Below are positions 10,313-21,013 of a DNA stretch of 64,000 bases, one piece after another. Positions within the stretch are counted from its first letter, which is position 1; every line of letters starts with the position of its first letter. A program made the translations under genes and the position numbers. Under the pieces are notes generated by a model. That model was not told the DNA's origin, searched no databases, and saw only the letters and a program-made list of their open reading frames with translations. This DNA is from Candidatus Krumholzibacteriota bacterium (GTDB taxonomy: Bacteria; Krumholzibacteriota; Krumholzibacteriia; JAJRXK01): the NCBI GenBank assembly GCA_963727455.1, contig CAVSGG010000008.1:224001-288000 (forward strand), in the 5' to 3' direction.

Positions 10313-11033
10313 TCAGAGCTTCGGCCCCTCCTCCTTCAGATCAAAGAGCAGGAACTCCCCACCGCCCTGCTTGCCCTCGATGAGCAATCGATCCTCGCGT
10401 TCAATGGCGAGACCGTCGCCTTCTTCGAGCTCCATCCCGTTGACCGCAAGATGGCCGCGTGCGAGCTGCAGCCAGGCCACGCGCTTCTCGGCCAGGAGGT
10501 GTTCAACGCTCTCCCCACTCCCCAGGATGCACGCGAAGACCTCGGCGTTTTGATGGATTTTCAAAGCACCCTCGCGTTCGTCGCGGCTCGCCAGAAGACA
10601 GAGCCGGCCGCGCTTTCGCTCTTCGGGGAACTTGCGATCCTCGTAGCCGGGCTGAAGGCCTCTCTCCTCGGGGTGGATCCAGATCTGCAGGAGTCGCAGG
10701 GGTTCGTCCTTGGAGGCGTTGAACTCGCTGTGTCGAATTCCACTCCCTGCGCTCATACGCTGCACGTCGTCGCGGCGCAGGATACCGCCGTGTCCCTGAC
10801 TATCCTTGTGCTCGAGCGCCCCATCCAGCACGTAGGTGACGATCTCCATGTCGCGGTGCCCGTGGGTGGGGAAGCCGGTGGCAGGCTCGATGATGTCGTC
10901 GTTGATCACCCGCAGCGCGTGAAATCCCATCTGATGGGGATCGAAGTATTCGGCGAAGGAGAAGCTGAATCGCGAATGAAGCCATCCGTGGTTGGCGTGA
11001 CCGCGCTCTCTCGGCTGCGCGCTTTTTCAGCAT
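10313..11033 (-). CDS. Pirin family protein (YhhW-like), apparent frameshift near the 5' end
   Basis: LRVINDD, GFPTHGHRDMEIVTYV, HKDS, MSAGSGIRHSEFN, LLQIWI. Upstream GHANHGWLHSRFSFSFAEYFDP joins ATG 11033 only after a frame change. Confidence 0.88.
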
Positions 11034-11180
11034 GGTCAAGACCCCCTCCCGGCCCAAGCCGTTTCCCTTGATGAACTTATGCGGGGGAATGGCGCTGATG
11101 TGACTCCGCTCGGCACAAATCGGACCTCTCTTGCCTGGAAGAAGATAGGAGTGTCTGGTAGCTTGCGCGACGGAGAACCC

Positions 11181-12388
11181 ATGCCTTGAAACTCCATCCT
11201 CTCGAGGCAGCCCGTGCAAGAACGAGACTCGAGGTTCTTGCCGAGGCAATGCTCACGGCCAAATCTGCGCATCCTGCTGTCCAACACCATCCGCTGTGGG
11301 CGGGCGCCGAACGTTTCGTGCTGGATGCCGCGGTGGGTCTCATGTCGCGCGGCCACGAAGTGACGGTCCAGAGCTATCCGGGCACCCCCCTGCTCCAGCG
11401 CGCCCGAGGAGCCGGCCTGTAGGTGATGGCCACGCGCGTGCGGGCCGACGCCGCGCCCTGGACGGTGATTCCCCTGGCCTGGCGTCTGCGTAGACAGCGC
11501 TTCGACCTGGTGTGGACGACTCGCGATAAGGATCTGCGCACGAGTGGACTGGCCGCCAAGTTGGCCGGCCGAGGGATCAAGGTGGTCCACAGCCGCGAAT
11601 GCGACGATCCCATCAAGCAGAGTCCTCAGTACCGCTGGTTCTTTCGCGCGGTAGCGGACCGCGTGGTGGTCAACAGCGAATCCACCGCACGGACCACATT
11701 GAATTCGGCGCCCTGGCTTTCGTCCGAACGCATGGATCTCCTGTACAAGGGAATCGACCTCGCTCCCCTGGGAACAGGCCGAGGCCGGCGACTGGCCACG
11801 GCGCTTCAGATTGAAAGAGGGCGAGGTCGTACTCGGCTACGCGGGCCAACTCGTGCCGCGCAAGCGGGTGGACGTGCTCATGCGGCTTCTCGCCAGCGAA
11901 TGCACTGTGCGAGAAACCCTGGCGGCTGGTGCTCGCGGGAAAGGGCCCCGCGGAAGAGACGCTGAGGAGCTTGGCGCGAGAGCTGAAGATCGAAGATCGC
12001 GTGTGCTTCTGCGGATTCGTGGATGCACTTCCGGCTTGGATGAAGGCCATCGATTTCCTGGTTCTGCCCTCCCTCATCGAGGGCTTCGGCTACGTCCTCA
12101 CCGAAGCCATGGCTGCCTCACGACCTGTCGCGGCCTACGGGGCCAGTAGCATCCCCGAGCTCGTTCGCGACGGCGTGTCCGGTCTCATCGCACCCGCGCG
12201 AGACGATGCCGCGCTGGCGCCGCTTCTCTGCGCGCATGATCGACGACCGGCAGCTGCGTCAGGAGATGGGCGCCAGGGGCCACGAGGAGGTGCGCACACG
12301 CTTCTCCCTTGATACCATGCTGGACACCATGGAGGAGATCCTGTGGCGCGCTCATGGGGGCGCTCAGCCCGAGGAGAATCAGGCATGA
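11181..12388 (+). pseudogene. GT4 glycosyltransferase with several indels and an in-frame TAG (pseudogene or sequencing errors)
   Basis: GT4 pieces in successive frames: LRILLSNT/LWAGAE, TAG at 11420-11422, VADRVVVNS, GYAGQLVPRKRVD, DFLVLPSLIEGFGYVLTEAMA, MGARGHEEVRTRFS. Confidence 0.75.
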
Positions 12389-13179
12389 GAGTGGGAATCG
12401 TTCAGAGCACTCCTGAGTTCGGAGAGATTCAGCGCAACTTGGACGAGGTCGAGCAGCTCATGGAATCCCACGAGGCAGAGCTCTGGGTGCTACCGGAACT
12501 CTTTGCCAGCGGATATCTGTTCTTGAATCGCAAGGAAGCCCGAGAGCTGGCCGAACCTTTGGGCGAAGGGCTGATCTCGAAGGCCATGCTGCGTTGGGCC
12601 AGGACTCACGACGCCGCCATCTGCGGCGGCATCGCCGAACGCGACGAGGACAAGATCTACAATTCCGCTCTGCTCGTGCACCCGGGAGGGACTCTGGCCT
12701 CCTACCGTAAGCTCCACCTCTTCCACGGCGAGAAGGACGTCTTCGATCTTTCGCACACCCCACCGCCCGTCGCGCAATGGAGAGAAGCGAAGCTGGGGAT
12801 CATGATCTGCTTCGACTGGCGCTTTCCCGAAACTGCGCGCAGTCTGGCCATCGACGGCGCCGATCTCATCCTGCATCCCAGCAATCTCGTACTGAGTTCG
12901 AGTCCGTCGGCCATGGTCACCCGCGCCCTGGAGAACGGAGTGTTCATCTTCACCGCCAATCGCGGCGGCGTGGATGATCGCGGCAGCAAGCGTCTGGAGT
13001 TCCTCTGCGGAAGCCAGGCCGTGGATCCAAAGGGAGAGATTCTGGGAAAGATCCCGCCGGGCGGAAAGGGCGTTCTCGTGGTGGACATCGATCCCGCCCT
13101 GGCGCGCGACAAGAGCGTGGCCGAGCGCAACGATCTGTTGGCCGACCGCAGGCCGGAGCACTATCACCTGAAGAGCTGA
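12385..13179 (+). CDS. Carbon-nitrogen hydrolase (nitrilase family)
   Basis: Glu-Lys-Cys triad motifs VLPELF, YRKLHLF, MICFDWRFPE. ATG 12385 after GAGGAG. Confidence 0.9.
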   Translation: MRVGIVQSTPEFGEIQRNLDEVEQLMESHEAELWVLPELFASGYLFLNRKEARELAEPLGEGLISKAMLRWARTHDAAICGGIAERDEDKIYNSALLVHPGGTLASYRKLHLFHGEKDVFDLSHTPPPVAQWREAKLGIMICFDWRFPETARSLAIDGADLILHPSNLVLSSSPSAMVTRALENGVFIFTANRGGVDDRGSKRLEFLCGSQAVDPKGEILGKIPPGGKGVLVVDIDPALARDKSVAERNDLLADRRPEHYHLKS

Positions 13180-13205
13180 ATCGCGATTTCGGCCCTGACG
13201 CGCAG

Positions 13206-14360
13206 CTACTTCACCAACACTGCGCTTCCTGAGGAATGCTGCCCGCGCCCGTCGATCAAAATCACCCGATACACTCCGCTGGCCAGCGGAGCCCCCGAGT
13301 CCCCGGTGCCGTTCCAGGTGACTTCGTGCGGTCCCTGGTCGAGATAGCTCAACTCGAAGCGGCGAACCGTACGACCCGCGCTGTTGACGATGCGCAAGCT
13401 CGCCGGGCCGGAGCTGGCCAGCTCGAAGCGCAGGCGGGTGGAAGGATTGAAGGGATTCGGTACGTTCGAGAGCAAGCGCGTGCGCGCCAGAAGCGGCGCG
13501 CTGCCGGCATCGGTCGCGTCCCCGGGAAGCGGCGGCGATCCGGCCTCGATCCAGGCGGTATACCAGAAACTGGCGAGGGCCAGGCTGGCCTCGCTGATCC
13601 AGTCCATGGTGTCGCTGCCGATCTCCTGCCAGAGAGTATTGTAGTAGGTCGAACCCGAGGTGTTGCCTCCCGCCGCGTCGGTCGCCACCTGGTCGGCATC
13701 CAGAATCGCCTGCACACCGGGATACACCACGTCGATCCAGTCGAAGACCGCCTCGAGGGGGTTCGCAACCGCTGCCCCCGTTTGTGGTCCCGGAACGAGT
13801 TCACTCAGGTGATAGCCGGTCATGGTGCTCTCGAAGCGCGAGTGAATCCCGTACTGACCGCTGAGCTGTCCGTTGTAGTTCTTGGTGACGTGAAGCGGTT
13901 GGTGGCTGTCCGCGATGTAGTGGCCGAGATCGGCTGCGTCGGCCACGGCGCTGGTCCAGTCCTCCGCCTGAAAGTCCGTGACGAGCGCCTGATAGCTGGC
14001 CAGGATCGCCCAGGGGACGGTGCCGTTGTTGTCGACGCGTGATTGACCGTAGTTCGCGACCATCGTCGCGTAGTCGTGCGGAAGCGTTCCGCTGAAGAAC
14101 TCGGGATAATCGTCGATGTCGATATAGTGCTTGATCGACTCGCCCGAAGTATAGGATTTGCGCTCGTCCGCCGCGGTCGAGAGATTTTCCAAATCGTCCG
14201 CCCACTGCGCGAAGCCCTGAAAGCTGCTCGGCAGTTCCTCCGTCGCGGCGCGATTGATGAGTCGATGGACGCTCGAACCCCAGCCATAGGCCACGCCGGG
14301 CAGAGCAAGCAGGGCAGCGAGAGTGACGACGAGAATCCTACGGAAAACGGACGTGCTCAT
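13206..14360 (-). CDS. Secreted S1/P1 nuclease / Zn-dependent phospholipase C family protein with FlgD-Ig/T9SS-type CTD
   Basis: Signal peptide ending AYG, mature N-terminus WGSSVH; HYIDID, HYIADSHQPLH, IHSRFE Zn ligands. Tail PNPFNPSTRLRF...VTWNG...LASGVY...VLVK. Confidence 0.85.
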   Translation of the reverse strand: MSTSVFRRILVVTLAALLALPGVAYGWGSSVHRLINRAATEELPSSFQGFAQWADDLENLSTAADERKSYTSGESIKHYIDIDDYPEFFSGTLPHDYATMVANYGQSRVDNNGTVPWAILASYQALVTDFQAEDWTSAVADAADLGHYIADSHQPLHVTKNYNGQLSGQYGIHSRFESTMTGYHLSELVPGPQTGAAVANPLEAVFDWIDVVYPGVQAILDADQVATDAAGGNTSGSTYYNTLWQEIGSDTMDWISEASLALASFWYTAWIEAGSPPLPGDATDAGSAPLLARTRLLSNVPNPFNPSTRLRFELASSGPASLRIVNSAGRTVRRFELSYLDQGPHEVTWNGTGDSGAPLASGVYRVILIDGRGQHSSGSAVLVK

Positions 14361-14511
14361 GCGGGAAGCCTCACGATCGAGCCAGGGGTGCCATGACTTG
14401 GATGGAAGTTTCAAGTTTAGCGCTCACGAGCGCAGAGTTCAAACCGAGACTCGGCTGATTCCATGGGGCAATATTGCCTACTCGGACTCTGCGAGGTTGT
14501 CGTCCCCAGCC

Positions 14512-15387
14512 TCAGTGGGGCAAATCTGCGACCGAAGAAATCCGGGGAGCCTCCTCGCGTACACGCGCGGCCCACTCCCCCAAGGTCACCATCTCGCGCC
14601 CCTGAAGAGCCCGTGCCAGCTTGGCGTAAAGGTCCTTCTTGCCGCCCTGGCTGCGCAGGTTCTGCCAGAATCCGAGGTCTACATCGGGTAGGAAGGCGTC
14701 CAGCTCCCAGGGATGGAAGTAGAACACCACCGGCTCCTTCTGAACTTTGCGTACCCAGCTTGCGGCCGCCCGCACCGCGCTCAGGGGAAAGAGCCGGAAG
14801 TAGCCGCCGCCGCTGAAGGGAAAGTTACGGCCGGGCAAGCGCAGAGTGGTCATGGGCAGAACGAGCAGCCCCTCGCCCCCGTTCTGCAGCACCAGGGGTT
14901 CGCGCGGACCCTTGGGATTGCCGTAGCGCGGATGACTGACTGGAAAGATGGAGGAGTCGACGCGAAAGCCCTCCTCGGCCAGGATCTCCAGCGCCCAGTA
15001 CACGCTTGGAACGATGGTGAAACTCGGCGCGCGGTAGAGGGTCACTTCCTGTCCCAGCGCCTCGCACAACGCGTCCCGGCCGCGCCTCGTGTCCTCGCGA
15101 AATTGCTCGGGTGTCATTTCGAACACGATGGGGTGGGCGTAGGAATGACAACCGATCTCGTGACCGCGTTCCGCTATCTTTCGCACCAGCTTCGGTTCGC
15201 GCTCGGCGAGCCAGCCCAGAACGAACCAGGTCGCGCGGATCGAGTGCTCATCGCAGAGATCCAAAAGTCGGGCAACGCCCTCCTCCGCGCGCCGCTGGCG
15301 TCCCTCCCAACTCGAAGCCTCCACTCTTGCCGCGTAATTGTGCGCGTGAAACCACTCCTCGACGTCGATGGTGAGGATGGAGGGCAT
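14512..15387 (-). CDS. Polysaccharide deacetylase (CE4 + DUF3473-like, XrtA/PEP-CTERM locus type)
   Basis: TIDVEEWF, HEIGCHSYAH, YRAPSF, GGGYFRL, FYFHPWELD. Confidence 0.88.
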   Translation of the reverse strand: MPSILTIDVEEWFHAHNYAARVEASSWEGRQRRAEEGVARLLDLCDEHSIRATWFVLGWLAEREPKLVRKIAERGHEIGCHSYAHPIVFEMTPEQFREDTRRGRDALCEALGQEVTLYRAPSFTIVPSVYWALEILAEEGFRVDSSIFPVSHPRYGNPKGPREPLVLQNGGEGLLVLPMTTLRLPGRNFPFSGGGYFRLFPLSAVRAAASWVRKVQKEPVVFYFHPWELDAFLPDVDLGFWQNLRSQGGKKDLYAKLARALQGREMVTLGEWAARVREEAPRISSVADLPH

Positions 15388-15407
15388 CGTTTCGCCTTTG
15401 AGCGAAC

Positions 15408-16616
15408 TCATCGCGTCGTACTCTCCGCTGCTTCCTTCAAAAGTCTCTCGAGATGATCGGCGGAACTCTCCCAAGAATGATACTCGCCGATCATACGGAG
15501 CGCGGCCTCTACTTGCGCCGTTCTCGCAGGAGAATCGTGCAAGAGACTCACCACAGCCGAGGCGAAATCCTTGGGATCATCCTCCACCATCACATGGGGG
15601 CCACGCGGAGCTCCAATCCCGCGCGTGGCGAGGGAAGTCGCGACCACCGGCACCGAAGCGGCCATGGCCTCCAGAACCTTGTTCTGGGTTCCCTGTGCGA
15701 TGCGCAGGGGCGCCACCGCCGCGCGCGCACCCCACAGAAAGGGTCGCACATCCTCCACCCGACCCGTGACCGTCACACCTTCTGCTGCGTCGAGCTGGGA
15801 AACTTCGGGCGTCGGCCGCGCCCCCACGATGAAAAACTGCGCCCCAGGTTCCTCACGCAAGACCAAGGGCCACACTCTCGAAACGAACCAGATCACCGCA
15901 TCCACGTTGGCCCGGTAGTCCATCATTCCCACGAAGACCACGCGTGGAGGAAACGCGAGCTTCTCGTCTTCCGGACGCGTGAAATACGCGCGGTCCACTC
16001 CATTGCTGAGCGCCTCCACTCTCAGCTCGGGCACGAGCTCGCGGAAGGCGGCTACCTCGACCGGATTGACGAAAAGATTGGTGTACGCCGCCCTGGCCAC
16101 ACCCAGCTCCCACTCCTTCAGAAGACGGTGTTCACGACCATAGATCCAAGCCTTGGGGCCCGAGCTGGCGGCGGCATACTGTGACCATTTGAGACTGTCG
16201 ACGTCGATGAAGTCCATCACTGCTGGAAGATTCTGTCGGCGAGCCAGGTCCAGCCAATAGGGCGCCATCGAGGAACAGAAAACGTAGGCGGCATCGAAAT
16301 GCACCTCGTTCTGCCAGGCTCGCAAGGTCCGCAAGAGTCGCGGGTGGTAATACCATGCCAAACTCAAGGCTTGCCGCGTGAGCAGAGACCCCGCGCTCTG
16401 AAGGAGGCGGCGCGCGCGCCCGATTCGCACCACCTCGTGCCGCTGGCAGAAGGAATCGAGAACCCCACGCGCATCCCGAGGAATCCTCTCGTCGCTCAAG
16501 CAAGCCAACCAGAGTTCGTGGCGGGCGCCCAGGCGTTTGAGCAGATGGTGACTGCGGATGCGGTCGCCTCGATCGGGCAAATGCGGAACGCGTTGCGTGA
16601 GGGCCAGAATGCGCAC
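15408..16616 (-). CDS. GT4 glycosyltransferase resembling the PEP-CTERM/XrtA-associated sugar transferase (TIGR03087-like)
   Basis: RVPHLPDRGDRIRSHH, MDFIDVDSLKWSQYA, FVGMMDYRANVDAV, APLRIAQGTQNKVLEAMA. Confidence 0.85.
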   Translation of the reverse strand: MRILALTQRVPHLPDRGDRIRSHHLLKRLGARHELWLACLSDERIPRDARGVLDSFCQRHEVVRIGRARRLLQSAGSLLTRQALSLAWYYHPRLLRTLRAWQNEVHFDAAYVFCSSMAPYWLDLARRQNLPAVMDFIDVDSLKWSQYAAASSGPKAWIYGREHRLLKEWELGVARAAYTNLFVNPVEVAAFRELVPELRVEALSNGVDRAYFTRPEDEKLAFPPRVVFVGMMDYRANVDAVIWFVSRVWPLVLREEPGAQFFIVGARPTPEVSQLDAAEGVTVTGRVEDVRPFLWGARAAVAPLRIAQGTQNKVLEAMAASVPVVATSLATRGIGAPRGPHVMVEDDPKDFASAVVSLLHDSPARTAQVEAALRMIGEYHSWESSADHLERLLKEAAESTTR

Positions 16617-16630
16617 GCCTCGAACACTCC

Positions 16631-17668
16631 TCAGGGTAAAAAGCGCACGATGCGTTCGCTCATCCAGACGGAGAGCCCCACCGGGAGCTTCTTCCAGGCC
16701 TGGATGGCGAGGCGATAGCGTGGACTGTCCACGCGCGTGTCTGGAATCTCAGCCCCCGCAGCGAGCTGGTACGCCCAAGGCAGAGGCAGCTCCGTGGCGC
16801 CCCACTGCTTCTTGAAGCGGTGGGTCCCGGAGTCACGGGTACTGCGCCCAAAATCGAAGAGAGTACACCCCCGCGCGATCGCATCCTCCAGGATCTTCCA
16901 GTATAGAAACATGTTCGGAGCATGGCGGCGGTATTCGGTCAAGCTGGCCGCGAAGGGGATTTGCTGGCGGTCGCGGTCCTGCAGGGTGAAGCCCACCGCG
17001 ATGGGCAGGTCCTCGGGCGGCAGAGTGGCCAAGTGGATTGCTGCCTTGCCGGGAAAGTGCCGCAGCAGGGCCGCGAAGAATCTCTTGGGATAGCAGGGCG
17101 TGCCTAGGTCACGCAGATTGCGTGCGTAGATCGGGTAGAAATGTCGAGGAGTTCCTCGGCTCCCTTGCCGGTAGTCCATCTCGAGCTTCTGGCCCTTCCT
17201 CACCAGATTGCGGACCTTCGCCTTCAAGTTCCTTCCACAGAAGCTCGGGGTTCTGGGGCAGCGCGAGTTCGAGAGTCAATTTGTGCTCGGATCGTGGAAG
17301 CTCCGCCAGGGTCGGTCGGTCTGAGCTGACGAAGCTCCAGAGAATCCAGACCTTCCTCCCGCAAGAGCGTGGGCAGCTCGTTCAGACAGCGCGGCCGCCG
17401 CCGTTTCGTCCTCGTAGCATAATCCAGCATGGTCGCTCACCGGCAGGCTCACGGCAAAGCGCCCGAACAGCGGGCTCTTGACGAGGGCAAGGGAGAGACA
17501 GGCGCGCAGACCTGCATCGTCTGTGGCGGCCAGACGCAGGATCCGGTAACCGATACCCTCGGCAAGGCACTCGGAAAAACCCCAGCTCTGGTAGAGACAA
17601 CCTCTCCGCGCGACCAATTCGTCCCATCGTTGCGCATCATTCTTGATGGGCGCTACCCGCAGCCTCAT
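16631..17668 (-). CDS. FemAB-like GNAT protein, PEP-CTERM/XrtA-associated type (TIGR03019-like), frameshifted
   Basis: N-part VKSPLFGRFAVSLP, middle LELRQL, C-part KVRNLVRKGQK...YARNLRDLGTP...PNMFLYWKILE...FDFGRST...FKKQWGA across several frames. Confidence 0.8.
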
Positions 17669-18798
17669 CGGTGCACCCGGTCCCCATCCAGGACGCGACG
17701 GTAGATTTCGAGATAGTTGTCGATCATCCCCTGTTGCGTGAAACGCATCTCCACTTCCAGACGCGCGGCCGCACCCATCCGGGTGCGAAGCCCGGCGTCA
17801 GTCAGCCGCAGGATTGCGCCAGCGAAGGCCGCGCTGTCGTCACTGGGAACCAAGTAACCCTGTACCCCGTCCTGTACCAGCTCCGGATTTCCCCCGACAG
17901 CAGTTGCCACCACGGGGAGGCTACACGCCATCGCCTCCAGCAGCGTCACCGAGGTCCCTTCGCTGAAGGAAGAGAGAGCGAAGATATCGAAGGCGCACAG
18001 CAAGTCGGGCACATCCGAGCGTTGACCCAGGAAGCGAACATGCTCTTTCAACTGCAGTTCGTCACACAGCGCTCTGAGCTCTTGCTCCAGCGGACCTCCC
18101 CCGACCAGAATCGCAACCCAATCCAGCCGAGGTTCTCTACGGGCGAGCTCGGCCAGAGAGCGCAGCAGCAACGCCTGGTTCTTCACCGGCATCAATCGCC
18201 CGGCGTGACCGATGACCAGAGTCTGCAGGAGAGAGACCCAGTTCCTCGCGCACCCGGCGCCGAATCGACTCGTCGCGTTCCAAACTGTGATGGTCTACGC
18301 CGTTGTAAACGACCTCGACCCGCTTGGCGGGCAGCATCTCGTTACGCAGCAGAGCATCGCGGATGCTCGCACTCACGGCAGTGATCGCCTTGGTGTTGCC
18401 GCAAAAGATAGCGATTGAAGAGAATTCGCCGCAGACGACGATGGTCGGGTTGATGACGCCCGTGTTCGGTGAAGATCACCGGGAGATGGGCCCGCGCGCC
18501 CGCCCAACCTCCGTAGAACCAGGGTGTGTACTGGTGGCAGTGCAACAGATCGGGACGCAACTGCTGGTAGACCCTCTTCAGGCGCCCGAGGATGGCCAGG
18601 TCAATACCGGGACGGCGGCGCACGCAATGCACTTCGATGTCGCTGGCCGCGACCCGCTCGCCGAGCGGGCCGATCTGGTCCAGGAGGGCCACCGAGTACT
18701 CCACACCCTCGGGGGCCTGCGAGATCATACGGGCGACGAGCATCTCGGCGCCTCCCACCCCCATCGTGTGCAGCACGTGACAGACCCGCACTTCTCAT
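17665..18798 (-). CDS. GT4 glycosyltransferase, frameshifted
   Basis: VCHVLHTMGVGGAE, FTEHG (18342-18791); VEVVYNGVD (18137-18376); VKNQALL, FALSSFSEGTSVTLLEAMA, VGGNPELV (17665-18195). Confidence 0.82.
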
Positions 18799-18845
18799 AC
18801 CTCCGGGGAAATGAAAGGAGGGTTCAACTCTCGAGTGCTCTTTCC

Positions 18846-18861
18846 AGCAAAGTCTGCGCCG
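18846..18861 (-). promoter_or_regulatory. Putative sigma54 (-24/-12) promoter
   Basis: Minus strand CGGCGCAGACTTTGCT: GG-N10-GC with TTGC, about 50 nt upstream of the GT4-FemAB-GT4-deacetylase unit. Confidence 0.5.
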
Positions 18862-19036
18862 TTACCCTAGACGGGCCTGGGGGCAATGGGGCAAGAGCAG
18901 ATCTCTGGAGAGCCTGGGCTCATCTCCTGCTTCTCTTCCTGCCGCTATCCGGGCTAATTTCGCTCAGTCAGCGATTCGTACCCCGACTTCCGACGGGACG
19001 CGGGAAGCGCACTCCCTTCTCACAGAGGAACAGATC

Positions 19037-20915
19037 TTGGCAATTCGACAACTGAGCGAAGAACAGGTCCGCCGGATGAGCCTCGTGGAGAAGGACCAGT
19101 TGGTGGCTGCAAACGGTCTACAAGGGCGACATGCCCCAGTTGACCCTGCGGTCGGCGGTGACCGGAATGCTCCTGGGGAGCATTCTCAGCCTCACCAATC
19201 TCTACATAGGAATCCAGACTGGATGGACCTTGGGCGTGGGCATCACCTCGGTCATCGTCTCCTTCGCCGCCTTCAAGGTACTCTCGAAGCTGGGGCTCGG
19301 CCACGAGATGACGATTCTGGAGAACAACGCGATGCAGAGCATCGCCACGGCAGCGGGCTACATGACCGCACCATTGGTCACAAGTCTGGCCGCCTACATG
19401 GTCATCACCGGAAAACTCATCCCCATCAGGGTGACGATCGCGTGGATGATCACACTTTCCCTCATGGGTGTGCTCTTCGCATTTCCCTTGAAGCGGCGTT
19501 TCATCAACGACGAGCAGTATCCCTTCCCCGAGGGAAGAGCCTGCGGCATCGTCCTGGACGCTCTGCATAGCGAGAACGAGGCGGAAGGCCTGTTCAAAGC
19601 CAAACTGCTGTCCCTGGCGGCCGCCCTCTCCGCGCTGATCGAATTGATGAGAAGCGCGCGCTTCATGGAGCTGATTCGGCTCCCTGGATTGAAGCTGCCC
19701 GAGTACTGGGATGCGCTCGTATACCGCTATTTCACACCGGCCTTGGCGGGCACTCCGCTCAACGAACTTACCATTCGGCTCGAATCCTCGATCGTCATGG
19801 TGGCCACCGGGGGACTGATGGGAATCAGGGCCGGGCTCTCGCTCCTGCTCGGCGCAATCGTCAACTACTGCGTGCTGGCGCCCTGGGCCATCCAGCAGGG
19901 AATCATCGTGGAAACAGGCTTCCGGGGCATCCTCAAATGGGGCATGTGGGGCGGCGTGGCGATGATGACGACGGCCAGCCTCTTCTCCTTCTTCAGCCGG
20001 CCCGAGGTCATCGCCCAGGCCTTTCGGAAGGCATTCCGGCGACAGGGCGGCACCGGAGAGGATCCTCTGAGGAACATCGAGTTGCCGCTGAAAGTCTCGA
20101 TGGTGGGGATTCCCTTGGTCGGCGCAGTCGCAGTGTGGCTCGCCTCGAACTACTTCGGGGTCTCCGTCTGGCTGGGAATCCTCGCCGTTCCCCTGGTCTT
20201 CATCTTCGTAACCATCGCCGCCACTTCGGCCGGTCTCACTTCCATCACTCCGACCAGCGCTCTGGGCTACCTGACCCAGACCACCTTCAGCGTCCTGAGC
20301 CGGGGCAACATCACCACCAACGTCATGACCGCCGCGATTACCGCGGAGGTGGCGAGCAACACAAGCAATCTCCTCATGGACATCAAACCGGGCTACATGC
20401 TGGGCGGGAAACCGAGGCACCAGGCCATGGGGCACGTCTTGGGGATCTTTGCCGGGGCGGCGGTTGCCATCCCCGTCTTCTACGCCATGATCGGCCATGA
20501 TCCGGCGAATCTACTCACGGACAAGTTGCCGATGCCCGGCGCGCAGGCGTGGCGCGCCGTAGCCGAAGTCCTGACCAAAGGTCTCTCCTTCCTGCATCCC
20601 AGTGCCCGCATCGCGGTGATGGTAGGTGGAGCACTTGGCATCGTCTTTGAACTGTTGCGCAAGTTCACACGCAACCGCTTTCCCATCTCGGCGGTGGGTT
20701 TCGGGCTCGCATTCGTCATCACCTTTCACACCAGCCTCAGTATGGGGTTGGGCGCGATTCTCTTTTGGGTGCTGGGAAGGATCCTGCGGAAGCGGCCCGC
20801 GGGTCGCAGCTATCGTATTTGGATCGAGAACCAGGAGACCCTCTGCGCCGGTGCGATTGCCGGTGGCGCCATCATCGGCATTCTGGTCATCCTCCTGGAG
20901 GCCTCCTCCCGCTGA
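19037..20915 (+). CDS. OPT family oligopeptide transporter, apparent frameshift near 19100
   Basis: PQLTLRS, ENNAMQSIATA, FPEGRAC, LLMDIKPGYMLGGKPRHQ; many TM segments. N-terminus MAIRQLSEEQV is in another frame after an AGAGGA RBS. Confidence 0.9.
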
Positions 20916-20952
20916 GATTCTAAGGAGCCAGAGGAGCATCCGAGCTGTGAAA

Positions 20953-20979
20953 GTGGCCGCGCCCGAAGGACGCGGCCAC
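20953..20979. terminator. Hairpin between convergent OPT and Tricorn genes
   Basis: GTGGCCGCG...CGCGGCCAC perfect 9-bp inverted repeat; only a short T run follows on the minus strand. Confidence 0.55.
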
Positions 20980-21013
20980 CACGAAAAACCCCGAGAATAC
21001 GAGTTCGCGCGAA

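Noticed and set aside
11420-11422. In-frame TAG in a GT4 gene as possible pyrrolysine or stop readthrough
   Set aside because: The same gene has several indels, TAG ends other genes here (e.g. 45171-45173), and no pyl genes are visible. A base error or nonsense mutation is simpler.
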